NCBI GenBank assembly: GCA_038087875.1
Contig: JAXLNO010004250.1
Coordinates: forward strand, 62,001-126,000
Length of the DNA: 64,000 bases
Reading direction: 5' to 3'
Source: Malacoraja senta
Taxonomy: Eukaryota
The stretch's first letter is position 1. Each line of letters opens with the position of its first letter. A program made the position numbers and the translations under genes. The notes below the pieces were generated by a model, which searched no databases, was not told the origin of the DNA, and worked only from the letters and a program-made list of their open reading frames with translations. Below are positions 12,301 to 25,581 of the stretch, in pieces.

Positions 12301-13215
12301 GGTGGTGTGGTGGATAATGAAGTAGATTTTCAAAGTCTACAGAGAGATTTAGGCCATTTGGAAGAGTGGGCTGAAAGATGGCAGATGGAGTTTAATGCTG
12401 ATAAATGTGAGGTACTACATCTCGGCAGGACAAATCAAAATAGGACGTACATGGTAAATGGTAGAGAATTGAGGAATGTAGTTGAACAGAGGGATCTAGG
12501 AATAACTGTGCATAGTTCCCTGAAGGTGGAATCTCATGTAGATAGGGTGGTAAAGAAAGCTTTTGGTGTGCTGGCCTTTATAAATCAGAGCATTGAATAT
12601 AGAAGTTGGGATGTAATGTTAAAATTTTACAAGGCATTGGTGAGGCCAATTCTGGAGTATGGAGTACAATTTTGGTCGCCTAATTATAGGAAGGATGTCA
12701 ACAAAATAGAGAGAGTACAGAGGAGATTTACTAGAATGTTGCCTGGGTTTCAGCAACTAAGTTACAGAGAAAGGTTGAACAAGTTAGGTCTTTATTCTTT
12801 GGAGCGCAGAAGGTTAAGAGGGGACTTGATAGAGGTCTTTAAAATTATGAGCGGGTTAGACAGAGTTGACGTGGATAAGCTTTTTCCATTGAGAGTAGGG
12901 AAGATTCAAACAAGGGGACATGACTTGAGAATTAAGGAACAGAAGTTTAGGGGTAACATTAGGGGGAACTTCTTTACTCAGAGAGTGGTAGCTGTGTTGA
13001 ATGAGCTTCCAGTGGAAGTGGTGGAGGCTGGTTCGATTTTATCCTTTAAAAATAGATTGGATGGGTATATGGACGGGAAAGGAATGGAGGGTTATGGTCT
13101 GAGTGCAGGTAGATGGGACTAGGGGGAAGTATTAAAAAAAAATTAAAAAGTGTTCAGCACGGACTTGAAGGGCCGAGAAGGCCTGTTTCCGTGCTGTAAT
13201 GGTTATATGGTTATA
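9335..13215 (+). mobile_element. CR1 LINE family B, rearranged and interrupted by a family A copy
   Basis: ORFs 9827-10462, 11618-12103 and 12061-13122 (KYADDTK). 3' tail ggttatatggttatat at about 13201. Confidence 0.9.
10485..11649 (-). mobile_element. CR1 family A, 5'-truncated, nested in CR1 family B
   Basis: Host sequence cctgacaggata|ttccc is split, with gata at 10481-10484 and 11650-11653 (short TSD or microhomology). Contains the RT motif KFADDTK. Confidence 0.92.
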
Positions 13216-13519
13216 TACGGTTACTAGACTAAGGGGGACCCGTTGGGTCCCATGTTCACACGGGAGGGCTGGTCCCCCGACGCAATATTCCACCCCTCCA
13301 CCAATTCGAATATTGGTGGCCAGTGGGGGGGGGGGGCTTTCTGGAGCGCTAGTATGGGTGTTGTTGGCTGCAGGGACTACTGGTCTCCAGAGGGCTAGTA
13401 TGGACATTGTGGGCCAAATAGATTCTTGGGGTGGCAGCTCAGTCCCTCAAGCCTGATGTGCTGGCAGCTCACTCACGGCTGGTGGGCTGGCAGTTGACTC
13501 GCAGCTATTCCTTGAAATT

Positions 13520-14395
13520 CCATTTCAAGCAGAGCGCAAGGCCACCAAATTCAAATCCATTTTACTACCATTTCAAGCAGGGTGCAAGGCCACCAAATAC
13601 AAGTGCAGTTTCTTACCTCTTCGAGCAGGGTGCAAGGCCACAAAATTCAAGTGCTGTTTCATACCACTTCAAGCAGGGTGCAAGGCCACCAAATTCAGGT
13701 TCAGTTTCCTACCACTTCAAGCAGGGTGCAAGGCCACCGAATTCAAGTGCAGTTTCCACCACTTCAAGCAGGGTGCAAGGCCACCAAATTCAAGTGCAGT
13801 TTCATACCACTTCAAGCAGGCTGCAAGGCCACCAAATTCAAGTGCAGTTTCATACCATTCAAGGAGGGTGCAAGGCCACCAAATTCAAATGCAGTTTCAT
13901 ACCATTTCATGCAGGGTGCAACAACACCACATTCAAATGCAGTTTCATACCATTTCATGCAGGGTGCAAGGCCACCAAATACAAGTGCAGTTTCTTACCT
14001 CTTCGAGCAGGGTGCAAGGCCACAAAATTCAAGTGCTGTTTCATACCACTTCAAGCAGGGTGCAAGGCCACCAAATTCAGGTTCAGTTTCCTACCACTTC
14101 AAGCAGGGTGCAAGGCCACCGAATTCAAGTGCAGTTTCCACCACTTCAAGCAGGGTGCAAGGCCACCAAATTCAAGTGCAGTTTCATACCACTTCAAGCA
14201 GGCTGCAAGGCCACCAAATTCAAGTGCAGTTTCATACCATTCAAGGAGGGTGCAAGGCCACCAAATTCAAATGCAGTTTCATACCATTTCATGCAGGGTG
14301 CAACAACACCACATTCAAATGCAGTTTCATACCATTTCATGCAGGGTGCAAGGCCACCACATTCAAATGCAGTTTCATACCATTTCAAGCAAGGT
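13520..14395 (+). repeat. 47/48-bp minisatellite (about 18 units) with a 382-bp duplication
   Basis: Unit ggtgcaaggccaccaaattcaagtgcagtttcataccacttcaagcag. The variant caccaaatacaagtgcagtttcttacctcttcgag occurs at 13591 and 13973. Confidence 0.95.
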
Positions 14396-14399
14396 GAAA

Positions 14400-14765
14400 C
14401 CACCATAAAACCACACAAAACACCACACTCACGGTTCATTAGACATTCAGTGTGTTCAGTTGATTCACAGCTCAGACAGTTGTGACCTCTCTCTTCCCCA
14501 TCATGCAGAGACTGAGCCACACCCACACTTCCGGGTTTTATAATCCCTACCCTTCAACCGGAAAAGGTGTGGCCTTCTTGGCGTGATTGACAGGAGAGAG
14601 ATTTTCAACATTTTTAAAACACTAATAACACTTATTTTTCATTGATGGGAAAAATCCTCTGCACTTGATCAGCGGAGGGGGACTGAGTAAGATGGGCAAA
14701 AATCACAGCCGTAAGTGGTAGCGTTTTACCTAAAATCAATATAGTGCAAACAGGAAGTTGTCAAG
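14400..14765 (-). mobile_element. Internal second Helitron 5' module lacking the terminal TC segment
   Basis: Homologous to 23620-23987 and 46366-46710 (acttacggc..., gatgaaaaat..., ctgagctgtgaat...aacygtgagtg). Confidence 0.75.
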
Positions 14766-14769
14766 TTTA

Positions 14770-17700
14770 GACAAACAACCCTTTGCAGCGCCTTTTCACT
14801 TCAACCCAAAACCCCCACAAACAACCATGTGTAGTGCATTTTTACTTCAACCCAAAAACAAACAAACAACCATTTGCAGTGCAATTTTACTTCAACCCAA
14901 ACAACCATTTGCACTGCATTTTTACTTCAACCCAAACAACCATTTGCAGTGCATTTTTACTTCAACCCAAACAAGCCTTTGCAGTGCATTTTTACTTCAA
15001 CCCAAACAACCCTTTGCAGTGCATTTTTACTTCAACCCAATAACCACAAAGAACCATTTGCAGTGCATTTTTACTTCAACCCCAAAAAAAACGAGACAAC
15101 CATTTGCAGTGCATTTTTACTTCAACCCAAACAACCTTTGCAGTGCATTTTTACTTCAACCCAAACAACCCTTTGCAGTGCAATTTTACTTCAACCCAAA
15201 AACCCGCCCAAACAACCATCTGCAGTGCATTTGTATTTCAACACAAAAACACGCCCAAACAACCATTTGCCGTGCATTTTTACTTCAACCCCACCCCCCC
15301 CCAAACAACCATTTGCAGTGCATTTTTACTTCAACCCAAACCCCTCCCCAACAACCATTTGCAGTGCATTTTTACTTCAACCCAAATCCCCCCCCCAAAC
15401 AACCATTTGCAAAACATTTTTACTTCAACCCAAACAACCATTTGCAGTGCATTTTTACTTCAACCCAAACGCCCCCAAACAACCATTTGCAGTGCATTTT
15501 TACTTCTACCCAAACCCCCCCAAACAACCATTTGCAGTGCATTTTTACTTCAACCCAAAGCCCCCCCAAACAACCATTTGCAGTGCATTTTTACTTCAAC
15601 CCAAACATCCATTTGTGTGCATTTTTACTTCAACCCAAACAAACATTTGCAGTGCATTTTTCCTTCAACCCAAAACTCCCTCCAAACAACCATTTGCAGT
15701 GCATTGTTATTTCAACCCAAACAACCATTTGCAGTGCATTTTTACTTCAACCCAAACAACCATTTGCAGTGCAATTTAACTTCAACCCAAACAACCATTT
15801 GCAGTGCATTTTTACTTCAACCCAAACAACCCATTGCAGTGCATTTTTACTTCAACCCAATAACTCCCAAACAACCATTTGCAGTGCATTTTTACTTCAA
15901 CCCAAACTCCCCCCCCCGAAACAACCATTCGCATTGCCTTTTTACTTCAACCCAAACCCCCCCAAACAACCATTTGCAGAGCATTTTTACTTCAACCCAA
16001 ACCCCCCCCAAACAACCATTTGCAGTGCATGTTTACTTCAACCCAAACCCCCCCCAAACATCCATTTGCAGTGCATTTTTACTTCAACCCCAAACCACCC
16101 CCAAACAACCATTTGCAGTGCGTTTTTACTTCAACCCTAACGACCATTTGCAGTGCATATTTCCTTCAACCCAAAACCCCTCCCAAACAACCATTTGCAG
16201 TGCATTTGTACTTCAACCCAAACAACCATTTGCAGTGCATTTATACTTCAATACAAACAACCCATTGCAGTGCATTTTTACTTCAACCCAATAACCCCAA
16301 ACAACCATTTGCAGTGCATTTTTACTTCAACCCGACCCCCCCCCCAACAACCATTCGCATTGCCTTTTTACTTCAACCTAAACCTCCCCAAACAACCATT
16401 TGCAGTGCATTTTTACTTCAACCCAAACAACCATTTGTAGTGCATTTTTACTTCAACCCAAACAACCATTTGCAGTGTATTTTTACTTCGACCCAAGCAA
16501 CCATTTGCAGTGCATTTTTACTTCAACCCAAACAACCATTTGTAGTGCATTTTTACTTCAACCCAAACAACCATTTGCAGTGCATTTTTACTTCAACCCA
16601 AAAACCCGCCCAGACAACCATTTGCAGTGCATTTTTACTTCAACCCAAACAACCATTTGCACTGCATTTTTACTTCAACCCAAACAACCATTTGCGGTGC
16701 ATTTTTACTTCAACCCAAACAACCCTTTGCAGTGCATTTTTACTTCAACCCAATAACCCCCAAACAACCATTTGCAGTGCATTTTTACTTCAACCCAAAA
16801 ACTCCCCAAACAACCATTTCCATTGCCTTTTTATTGCAACCCAACCTCCCCCCCAAACAACTATTTGCAGTGCATTTTTACTTCAACCCCAAAACCCGCC
16901 CAAACAAACATTTGCAGTGCATTTTTACTTCAACTCAACCATTGGCAGTGCATTTTTACTTCAACCCACCCCCCCCAACCAACCATTGGCAGTGCATTTT
17001 TACTTCAACCCAAACCCCCACCCCAAACAACCATTTGCAGTGCATTTTACTTCAACCCAAACATCCATTTGCAGTGCAATTTTACTTGCATCCAAACAAC
17101 CATTTGCAGTGAATTTTTACTTCAACCCAAACAACCATTTGCAGTGCATTTTTACTTCAAACCAAACAACCATTTGCAGTGCATTTTTACTTCAACCCAA
17201 AAACCAAATCAAACAACCATTTCCAGTGCATTTTTACTTCAACCCAAACAACCATTTGCAGTGCATTTTTACTTCAACCCAAAAACCAACCCAAACATCC
17301 ATTTGCAGTGCATTTTTACTTCAACCCAAACAACCATTTACAGTGCATTTTTACTTCAACCCAAACAACCCTTTGCAGTGCATTTTTACTTCAACCCAAT
17401 AACCTACAAAGAACTATTTGCAGTGCATTTTTACTTCAACCCAAAAAAAACCCAAACAAACATTTGCATTGCCTTTTTATTTCAACCCACCCCCCCCCCA
17501 AACAACCATTTGCAGTGCATTTTTACTTCAACCCAAAAACCCGCCCAAACAACCATCTGCAGTGCATTTTTATTTCAACACAAAAACACGCCCAAACAAC
17601 CATTTGCCGTGCATTTTTACTTCAACCCCACCCCCCCCCAAACAACCATTTGCAGTGCATTTTTACTTCAACCCAAACCCCTCCCCAACAACCATTTGCA

Positions 17701-20700
17701 GTGCATTTTTACTTCAACCCAAATCCCCCCCCCAAACAACCATTTGCAAACCATTTTTACTTTAACCCAAACAACCATTTGCAGTGCATTTTTACTTCAA
17801 CCCAAACGCCCCCAAACAACCATTTGCAGTGCATTTTTACTTCTACCCAAAACCCCCCCAAACAACCATTTGCAGTGCATGTTTACTTCAACCCAAAGAA
17901 CCATTTGCAGTGAATTTTTACTTCAACCCAAACAACCCTTTGCAGTGCAATTTTACCTCAACCCAAAAACCCGCCCAACCATTTGCAGTGCATTTTTATT
18001 TCAACACAAAAACACGCCCAAACAACCATTTGTAGTGCATTTTTACTTCAACCCCAATCCCCCCCCAAACAACCATTTGCAGTGCATTTTTAATTCAAAC
18101 CAAACCCCCCCCCAACAACCATTTGCAGTGCATATTTACTTCAACCCAAACCCTCCCCCAAACAACCATTTGCAAAGCATTTTTAATTCAACCCAAACAA
18201 CTATTTGCAGTGCATTTTTACTTCAACCCAAACCCTCCCCAAACAACCATTTGCAGTGCATTTTTACTTCAACCCAAACCCCCCCCAAACAACCATTTGC
18301 AGTGCATTTTTACTTCAACCCAAACAACCATTTGCAGTGCATTTTTACTTCAACCCAAACAACCATTTGCAGTGCATTTCTACTTCAACCCAAGCAACCA
18401 TTTGCAGTGCATTTTTACTTCAACCCAAACAACCATTTGTAGTGCATTTTTACTTCAACCCAAACAACCATTTGCAGTGCATTTTTAATTCAACCCAAAA
18501 ACCCGCCCAAACAACCATTTGCAGTGCATTTTTACTTCAACCCAACCCCCCCCCCAACAACCATTTGCAGTGCATTTTTACTTCAACCCAAATCCCCCCC
18601 CCAAACAACCATTTGCAAAACATTTTTACTTCAACCCAAACAACCATTTGCAGTGCATTTTTACTTCAACCCAAACGCCCCCAAACAACCATTTGCAGTG
18701 CATTTTTACTTCTACCCAAACCCCCCCAAACAACCATTTGCAGTGCATTTTTACTTCAACCCAAAGCCCCCCCAAACAACCATTTGCAGTGCATTTTTAC
18801 TTCAACCCAAACATCCATTTGTGTGCATTTTTACTTCAACCCAAACAAACATTTGCAGTGCATTTTTCCTTCAACCCAAAACTCCCTCCAAACAACCATT
18901 TGCAGTGCATTGTTATTTCAACCCAAACAACCATTTGCAGTGCATTTTTACTTCAACCCAAACAACCATTTGCAGTGCAATTTAACTTCAACCCAAACAA
19001 CCATTTGCAGTGCATTTTTACTTCAACCCAAACAACCCATTGCAGTGCATTTTTACTTCAACCCAATAACTCCCAAACAACCATTTGCAGTGCATTTTTA
19101 CTTCAACCCAAACTCCCCCCCCCGAAACAACCATTCGCATTGCCTTTTTACTTCAACCCAAACCCCCCCCAAACAACCATTTGCAGAGCATTTTTACTTC
19201 AACCCAAACCCCCCCCAAACAACCATTTGCAGTGCATGTTTACTTCAACCCAAACCCCCCCCCAAACATCCATTTGCAGTGCATTTTTACTTCAACCCCA
19301 AACCACCCCCAAACAACCATTTGCAGTGCGTTTTTACTTCAACCCTAACGACCATTTGCAGTGCATATTTCCTTCAACCCAAAACCCCTCCCAAACAACC
19401 ATTTGCAGTGCATTTGTACTTCAACCCAAACAACCATTTGCAGTGCATTTATACTTCAATACAAACAACCCATTGCAGTGCATTTTTACTTCAACCCAAT
19501 AACCCCAAACAACCATTTGCAGTGCATTTTTACTTCAACCCGACCCCCCCCCCAACAACCATTCGCATTGCCTTTTTACTTCAACCTAAACCTCCCCAAA
19601 CAACCATTTGCAGTGCATTTTTACTTCAACCCAAACAACCATTTGTAGTGCATTTTTACTTCAACCCAAACAACCATTTGCAGTGTATTTTTACTTCGAC
19701 CCAAGCAACCATTTGCAGTGCATTTTTACTTCAACCCAAACAACCATTTGTAGTGCATTTTTACTTCAACCCAAACAACCATTTGCAGTGCATTTTTACT
19801 TCAACCCAAAAACCCGCCCAGACAACCATTTGCAGTGCATTTTTACTTCAACCCAAACAACCATTTGCACTGCATTTTTACTTCAACCCAAACAACCATT
19901 TGCGGTGCATTTTTACTTCAACCCAAACAACCCTTTGCAGTGCATTTTTACTTCAACCCAATAACCCCCAAACAACCATTTGCAGTGCATTTTTACTTCA
20001 ACCCAAAAACTCCCCAAACAACCATTTCCATTGCCTTTTTATTGCAACCCAACCTCCCCCCCAAACAACTATTTGCAGTGCATTTTTACTTCAACCCCAA
20101 AACCCGCCCAAACAAACATTTGCAGTGCATTTTTACTTCAACTCAACCATTGGCAGTGCATTTTTACTTCAACCCACCCCCCCCAACCAACCATTGGCAG
20201 TGCATTTTTACTTCAACCCAAACCCCCACCCCAAACAACCATTTGCAGTGCATTTTACTTCAACCCAAACATCCATTTGCAGTGCAATTTTACTTGCATC
20301 CAAACAACCATTTGCAGTGAATTTTTACTTCAACCCAAACAACCATTTGCAGTGCATTTTTACTTCAAACCAAACAACCATTTGCAGTGCATTTTACTTC
20401 AACCCAAAAACCAAATCAAACAACCATTTCCAGTGCATTTTTACTTCAACCCAAACAACCATTTGCAGTGCATTTTTACTTCAACCCAAAAACCAACCCA
20501 AACATCCATTTGCAGTGCATTTTTACTTCAACCCAAACAACCATTTACAGTGCATTTTTACTTCAACCCAAACAACCCTTTGCAGTGCATTTTTACTTCA
20601 ACCCAATAACCTACAAAGAACTATTTGCAGTGCATTTTTACTTCAACCCAAAAAAAACCCAAACAAACATTTGCATTGCCTTTTTATTTCAACCCACCCC

Positions 20701-23610
20701 CCCCAAACCACCATTTGCAGTGCATTTTTACTTCAACCCAAAAACCCGCCCAAACAACCATCTGCAGTGCATTTTTATTTCAACACAAAAACACGCCCAA
20801 ACAACCATTTGCCGTGCATTTTTACTTCAACCCCACCCCCCCCCCAAACAACCATTTGCAGTGCATTTTTACTTCAACCCAAACCCCTCCCCAACAACCA
20901 TTTGCAGTGCATTTTTACTTCAACCCAAATCCCCCCCCCAAACAACCATTTGCAAACCATTTTTACTTTAACCCAAACAACCATTTGCAGTGCATTTTTA
21001 CTTCAACCCAAACGCCCCCAAACAACCATTTGCAGTGCATTTTTACTTCTACCCAAAACCCCCCCAAACAACCATTTGCAGTGCATGTTTACTTCAACCC
21101 AAAGAACCATTTGCAGTGAATTTTTACTTCAACCCAAACAACCCTTTGCAGTGCAATTTTACCTCAACCCAAAAACCCGCCCAACCATTTGCAGTGCATT
21201 TTTATTTCAACACAAAAACACGCCCAAACAACCATTTGTAGTGCATTTTTACTTCAACCCCAATCCCCCCCCAAACAACCATTTGCAGTGCATTTTTAAT
21301 TCAAACCAAACCCCCCCCCCAACAACCATTTGCAGTGCATATTTACTTCAACCCAAACCCTCCCCCAAACAACCATTTGCAAAGCATTTTTAATTCAACC
21401 CAAACAACTATTTGCAGTGCATTTTTACTTCAACCCAAACCCTCCCCAAACAACCATTTGCAGTGCATTTTTACTTCAACCCAAACCCCCCCAAACAACC
21501 ATTTGCAGTGCATTTTTACTTCAACCCAAACAACCATTTGCAGTGCATTTTTACTTCAACCCAAACAACCATTTGCAGTGCATTTTTACTTCAACCCAAG
21601 CAACCATTTGCAGTGCATTTTTACTTCAACCCAAACAACCATTTGTAGTGCATTTTTACTTCAACCCAAACAACCATTTGCAGTGCATTTTTAATTCAAC
21701 CCAAAAACCCGCCCAAACAACCATTTGCAGTGCATTTTTACTTCAACCCAACCCCCCCCCCCAACAACCATTTGCAGTGCATTTTTACTTCAACCCAAAC
21801 CCTCCCCCAAACAACCATTTGCAAAGCATTTTTACTTCAACCCAAACAACTATTTGCAGTGCATTTTTACTTCAACCCAAACCCTCCCCAAACAACCATT
21901 TGCAGTGCATTTTTACTTCAACCCAAACTCCCCCCCAAACAACCATTTGCAGTGCATTTTTACTTCAACCCAAACAACCATTTGCAGTGCATTTTTACTT
22001 CAACCCAAAGAACCATTTGCAGTGCATTTTTACTTCAACCCAAGCAACCATTTGCAGTGCATTTTTACTTCAACCCAACCCCCCCAAACAACCATTTGAA
22101 GTGCATTTTTACTTCAAACCAACCCCAACCCCCCAATCAACCATTTGCAGTGCATTTTTACTTTAACCCAAACCCCCCCCAAACATCCATTTGCAGTGCA
22201 TTTTTACTTCAACCCCAAACCACCCCAAACAACCATTTGCAGTGCATTTTTATTTCAACCCTAACGACCATTTGCAGTGCATTTTTCCTTCAACCCAAAA
22301 CCCCTCCCAAACAACCATTTGCAGTGCATTTGTACTTCAACCCAAACAACCATTTGCAGTGCATTTATACTTCAACACAAACAACCCATTGCAGTGCATT
22401 TTTACTTCAACCCAATAACCCCAAACAACCATTTGCAGTGCATTTTTACTTCAACCCAAACAACCATTTGCAGTGCATTTTTACTTCAACCCAAACAACC
22501 ATTTGCAATGCATTTTTACTTCAACCCAAGCAACCATTTGCAGTGCAATTTTACTTCAACCCAAACAACCATTTGTAGTGCATTTTTACTTCAACCCAAA
22601 CAACCATTTGCAGTGCATTTTTACTTCAACCCAAAAACCCGCCCAAACAACCATTTGCAGTGCATTTTTACTTCAACCCAAACAACCATTTGCACTGCAT
22701 TTTTACTTCAACCCAAACAACCCTTTGCAGTGCATTTTTACTTCAACCCAATAACCACCAAACAACCATTTGTAGTGCATTTTTACTTCAACCCAAAAAA
22801 AACCCAAACAACCATTTGCAGTGCATTTTTACTTCAACCCAAGCAACCATTTGCAGTGCATTTTTACTTCAACCCAAACAACCATTTGTAGTGCATTTTT
22901 ACTTCAACCCAAACAACCATTTGCAGTGCATTTTTACTTCAACCCAAAAACCCGCCTAAACAACCATTTGCAGTGCATTTTTACTTCAACCCAAACAACC
23001 ATTTGCACTGCATTTTTACTTCAACCCAAACAACCATTTGCGGTGCATTTTTACTTCAACCCAAACAACCCTTTGCAGTGCATTTTTACTTCAACCCAAT
23101 AACCCCCAAACAACCATTTGCAGTGCATTTTTACTTCAACCCAATAACCCCCAAACAACCATTTGCAGTGCATTTTTACTTCAACCCAAACAACCATTTG
23201 CAGTGCATATTTACTTCAACCCAAACAGCCATTTGCAGTGCAATTTTACTTCAACCCAAACAACCCTTTGCAGTGCATTTTTACTTCAAACCAAAAACCC
23301 GCCCAAACAATCATTTGCAGTACATTTTTACTTCAACCCAATAACCCCCCCCCAAACCAACCATTGGCAGTGCATTTTTACTTCAACCCAATAACCCCCA
23401 AACAACCATTTGCAGTGCATTTTTGCTTCAACCCAAAAACTCCCCAAACAACCATTTCCATTGCCTTTTTATTGCAACCCATATTTACTTCAAACCAAAC
23501 AACCATTTGCAGTGCATTTTTACTTCAATCCAAACAACCATTGGCAGTGCATTTTTACTTCAACCCAAACAACCATTTGCAGTGTATTTTTACTTCAAAC
23601 CAACCATATT
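14770..23610 (+). repeat. 35-bp satellite array (about 8.8 kb, more than 200 units) with a 3.2-kb higher-order duplication
   Basis: Unit aaacaaccatttgcagtgcatttttacttcaaccc with variable C-rich inserts. Rare variants recur at offsets of 3206-3208 bp. Confidence 0.97.
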
Positions 23611-23987
23611 TTCATTTTCAAACAACATTAAGGGCACTCACAGTTGAGTAAGACATGTGTTCAGGGTTATTCAGAGCTCAGAGAGACGCGACGCGACGTG
23701 ACCCTCTGGCGTCCTCCATCTTGCAGAGACTGAGCGAGGCACACCACTTCCTGGTTTTATAGTCCCTCCCGCTCCCTGCAGCAGGGGCAGCAGAGAGAAC
23801 GCCGATTTAAAAAAAAATTAATATCTCTCTGATTTTTCATCGATGGGAAAAATCCTCTGGTCCAGGAAGGCGAAGGGGGGCTCTGGGTGAGGTGGTAAAA
23901 AATAACGGCCGTAGGTGGCGGCGTTCTCTCGGAAATCACACCACAGTGAGCTAAAAGCAGTCAAGATCAGACTTTTAGTAATATAGA

Positions 23988-24330
23988 TTAACGGTTTGGA
24001 CACGCTCGAGGCAGGAAACACGTCCCGATGTTGGGGAAGTCCAGAACCAGGGGCCACAGTTTACGAATAAGGGGTAAGCCATTTAGAACGGAGACGAAGA
24101 AACACTTTTTCTCACAGAAAGTTGTGAGTCTGTGGAATTCTCTGCCTCAGAGGGCGGTGGAGGCCGGTTCTCTGGAAACTTTCAAAGGAGAGCTAGTTAG
24201 GGTTCTTAAAGATAGCCGAGTCGGGATATGGGGAGAAGGCAGGAACGGGGTACTGATTGTGGATGATCACAGTGAATGGTGGTGCTGGCTCGAAGGGCCG
24301 AATGGACTACTCCTGCACCTATTGTGGATT
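23988..24330 (+). mobile_element. CR1 3' fragment
   Basis: Encodes MLGKSRTRGHSLRIRGKPFRTE...LWNSLP. Confidence 0.85.
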
Positions 24331-25194
24331 GGGACCCTTCTTCAGACGGCCAGTTAACTGCACGAATTGACATTAGGCGCCACAGTTCCACGATTCATCC
24401 CAGCGGGAAAATGTACATCGTTTTAATTTTTAATGCCAGGTCGTATTTTGAATACAGAGATTGACAGATTCTTGATTAGTGTCGATGTCAGAAGTTATGG
24501 GGAGAAGGCGGGAGAATGGGGTTGGGAAGGAGAGATAGATAGATCAGCTATGAATGGTGGAGTAGTCTCGATGGGCCGAATGGCCTAATTCTGCTCTTGT
24601 GACTTGTGAACTTGCACCAGCACAAGCGGTTAGTGATTGTTGACCGTGGAGAGATCAAACATTCATGGAGGCTGAGGGAAGTGTGAGAATAAAACGACTT
24701 TGCAGATGTGGAGGCAGCACTTCAGGCAAAGGCAGGAACAGGCAGGCGCAGTGGTCAGAGCTGGGACCAGTGGTGATGTCTACACATTCCACAGCACCAC
24801 AGAGCAGCGCTCGCCTCACTGGGAGAGAGTCCGCTGGTGTGAACGCGCCCACGCCAGGGCAGCCTTCAGTTTGACCTCCATCCGCACTGCCCCAGTGGAC
24901 AAACCCTCTCGTGTGTCCTCCATGGGTGCCACCGTGAGCAGTAGAGTCACTCCTCCATCTCTGTCACCTCCCTCTCCATCACATCTGAAACAGCGGAACC
25001 CTGGAACATTGAGCTGCGAATCCCATCCCCCTTACATCCAGGTCACTACTAACTGTTTCTAATATGTGGATATAAATATACATATACAAATGTATAGGTA
25101 TATGTGTACATGTGTGGATATATGTACACACGCATATTCACGCAAACATATACACATACAAACACACACATATATATATACGCGCATATACGTA

Positions 25195-25581
25195 CATAGA
25201 AAATAGGTGCAGGAGTAGGCCATTCGGCCCTTCGAGCCATTCAATATGATCATGGCTGATCATCCAACTCAGTATCCTGTACCTGCCTTCTCTCCATACC
25301 CCCTGATCCCTTTAGCCACAAGGGCCACATCTAACTCCCTCTTAAATATAGCCAATGAACTGGCCTCAACTACTTTCTGTGGCAGAGAATTCCACAGATT
25401 CACCACTCTGTGAAAAAAACAATTCTCTTCTCGGTTCGAAATGACTTCCCCCTTATCCTTAAACTGTGACCCCTTGTTCTGGACTTCCCCAACATCAGGA
25501 ACAATCTTCTTGCATCTAGCCTGTCCAACCCCTTAAGAATTTTGTAAGTTTCTATAAGATCCCCCCTCAATCTTCTAAATT
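25195..25581 (-). mobile_element. CR1 family A 3' end, target of the DIRS insertion; continues at 30769-30780 and 31318-31345
   Basis: Consensus caatcttctaaatt|ctagcgagtacaagccgagtc (seen intact near 42190) is split exactly at the DIRS ends. Confidence 0.88.

Larger units (their letters stand above)
13224..23987 (-). mobile_element. Non-autonomous composite Helitron A (about 10.8 kb) carrying two satellite arrays
   Basis: Minus-strand 5' end A|TCTATATTACTAAAA at 23987. 3' end has the hairpin GGGACCC-AAC-GGGTCCC, then CTAG|T at 13224. A|T target, no TSD, no RepHel ORF. Confidence 0.85.

Noticed and set aside
13431-14485. ORFs of 205-325 aa with FKQGARPPNSSAVSYH repeats
   Set aside because: Translation of the 48-bp array in several frames.
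14770-23610. CRISPR-like look (35-bp repeat with variable intervening sequence)
   Set aside because: Inserts are 0-15 nt low-complexity C/A runs, not unique spacers. There are no cas genes and the context is eukaryotic.
14758-23651. Dozens of long ORFs up to 1062 aa (QPKQPFAVHFYFNPNNHLQCIFTSTQTTICSAFLL)
   Set aside because: The 35-nt unit has no stop in any plus frame and cycles through all three frames. These are satellite artefacts.
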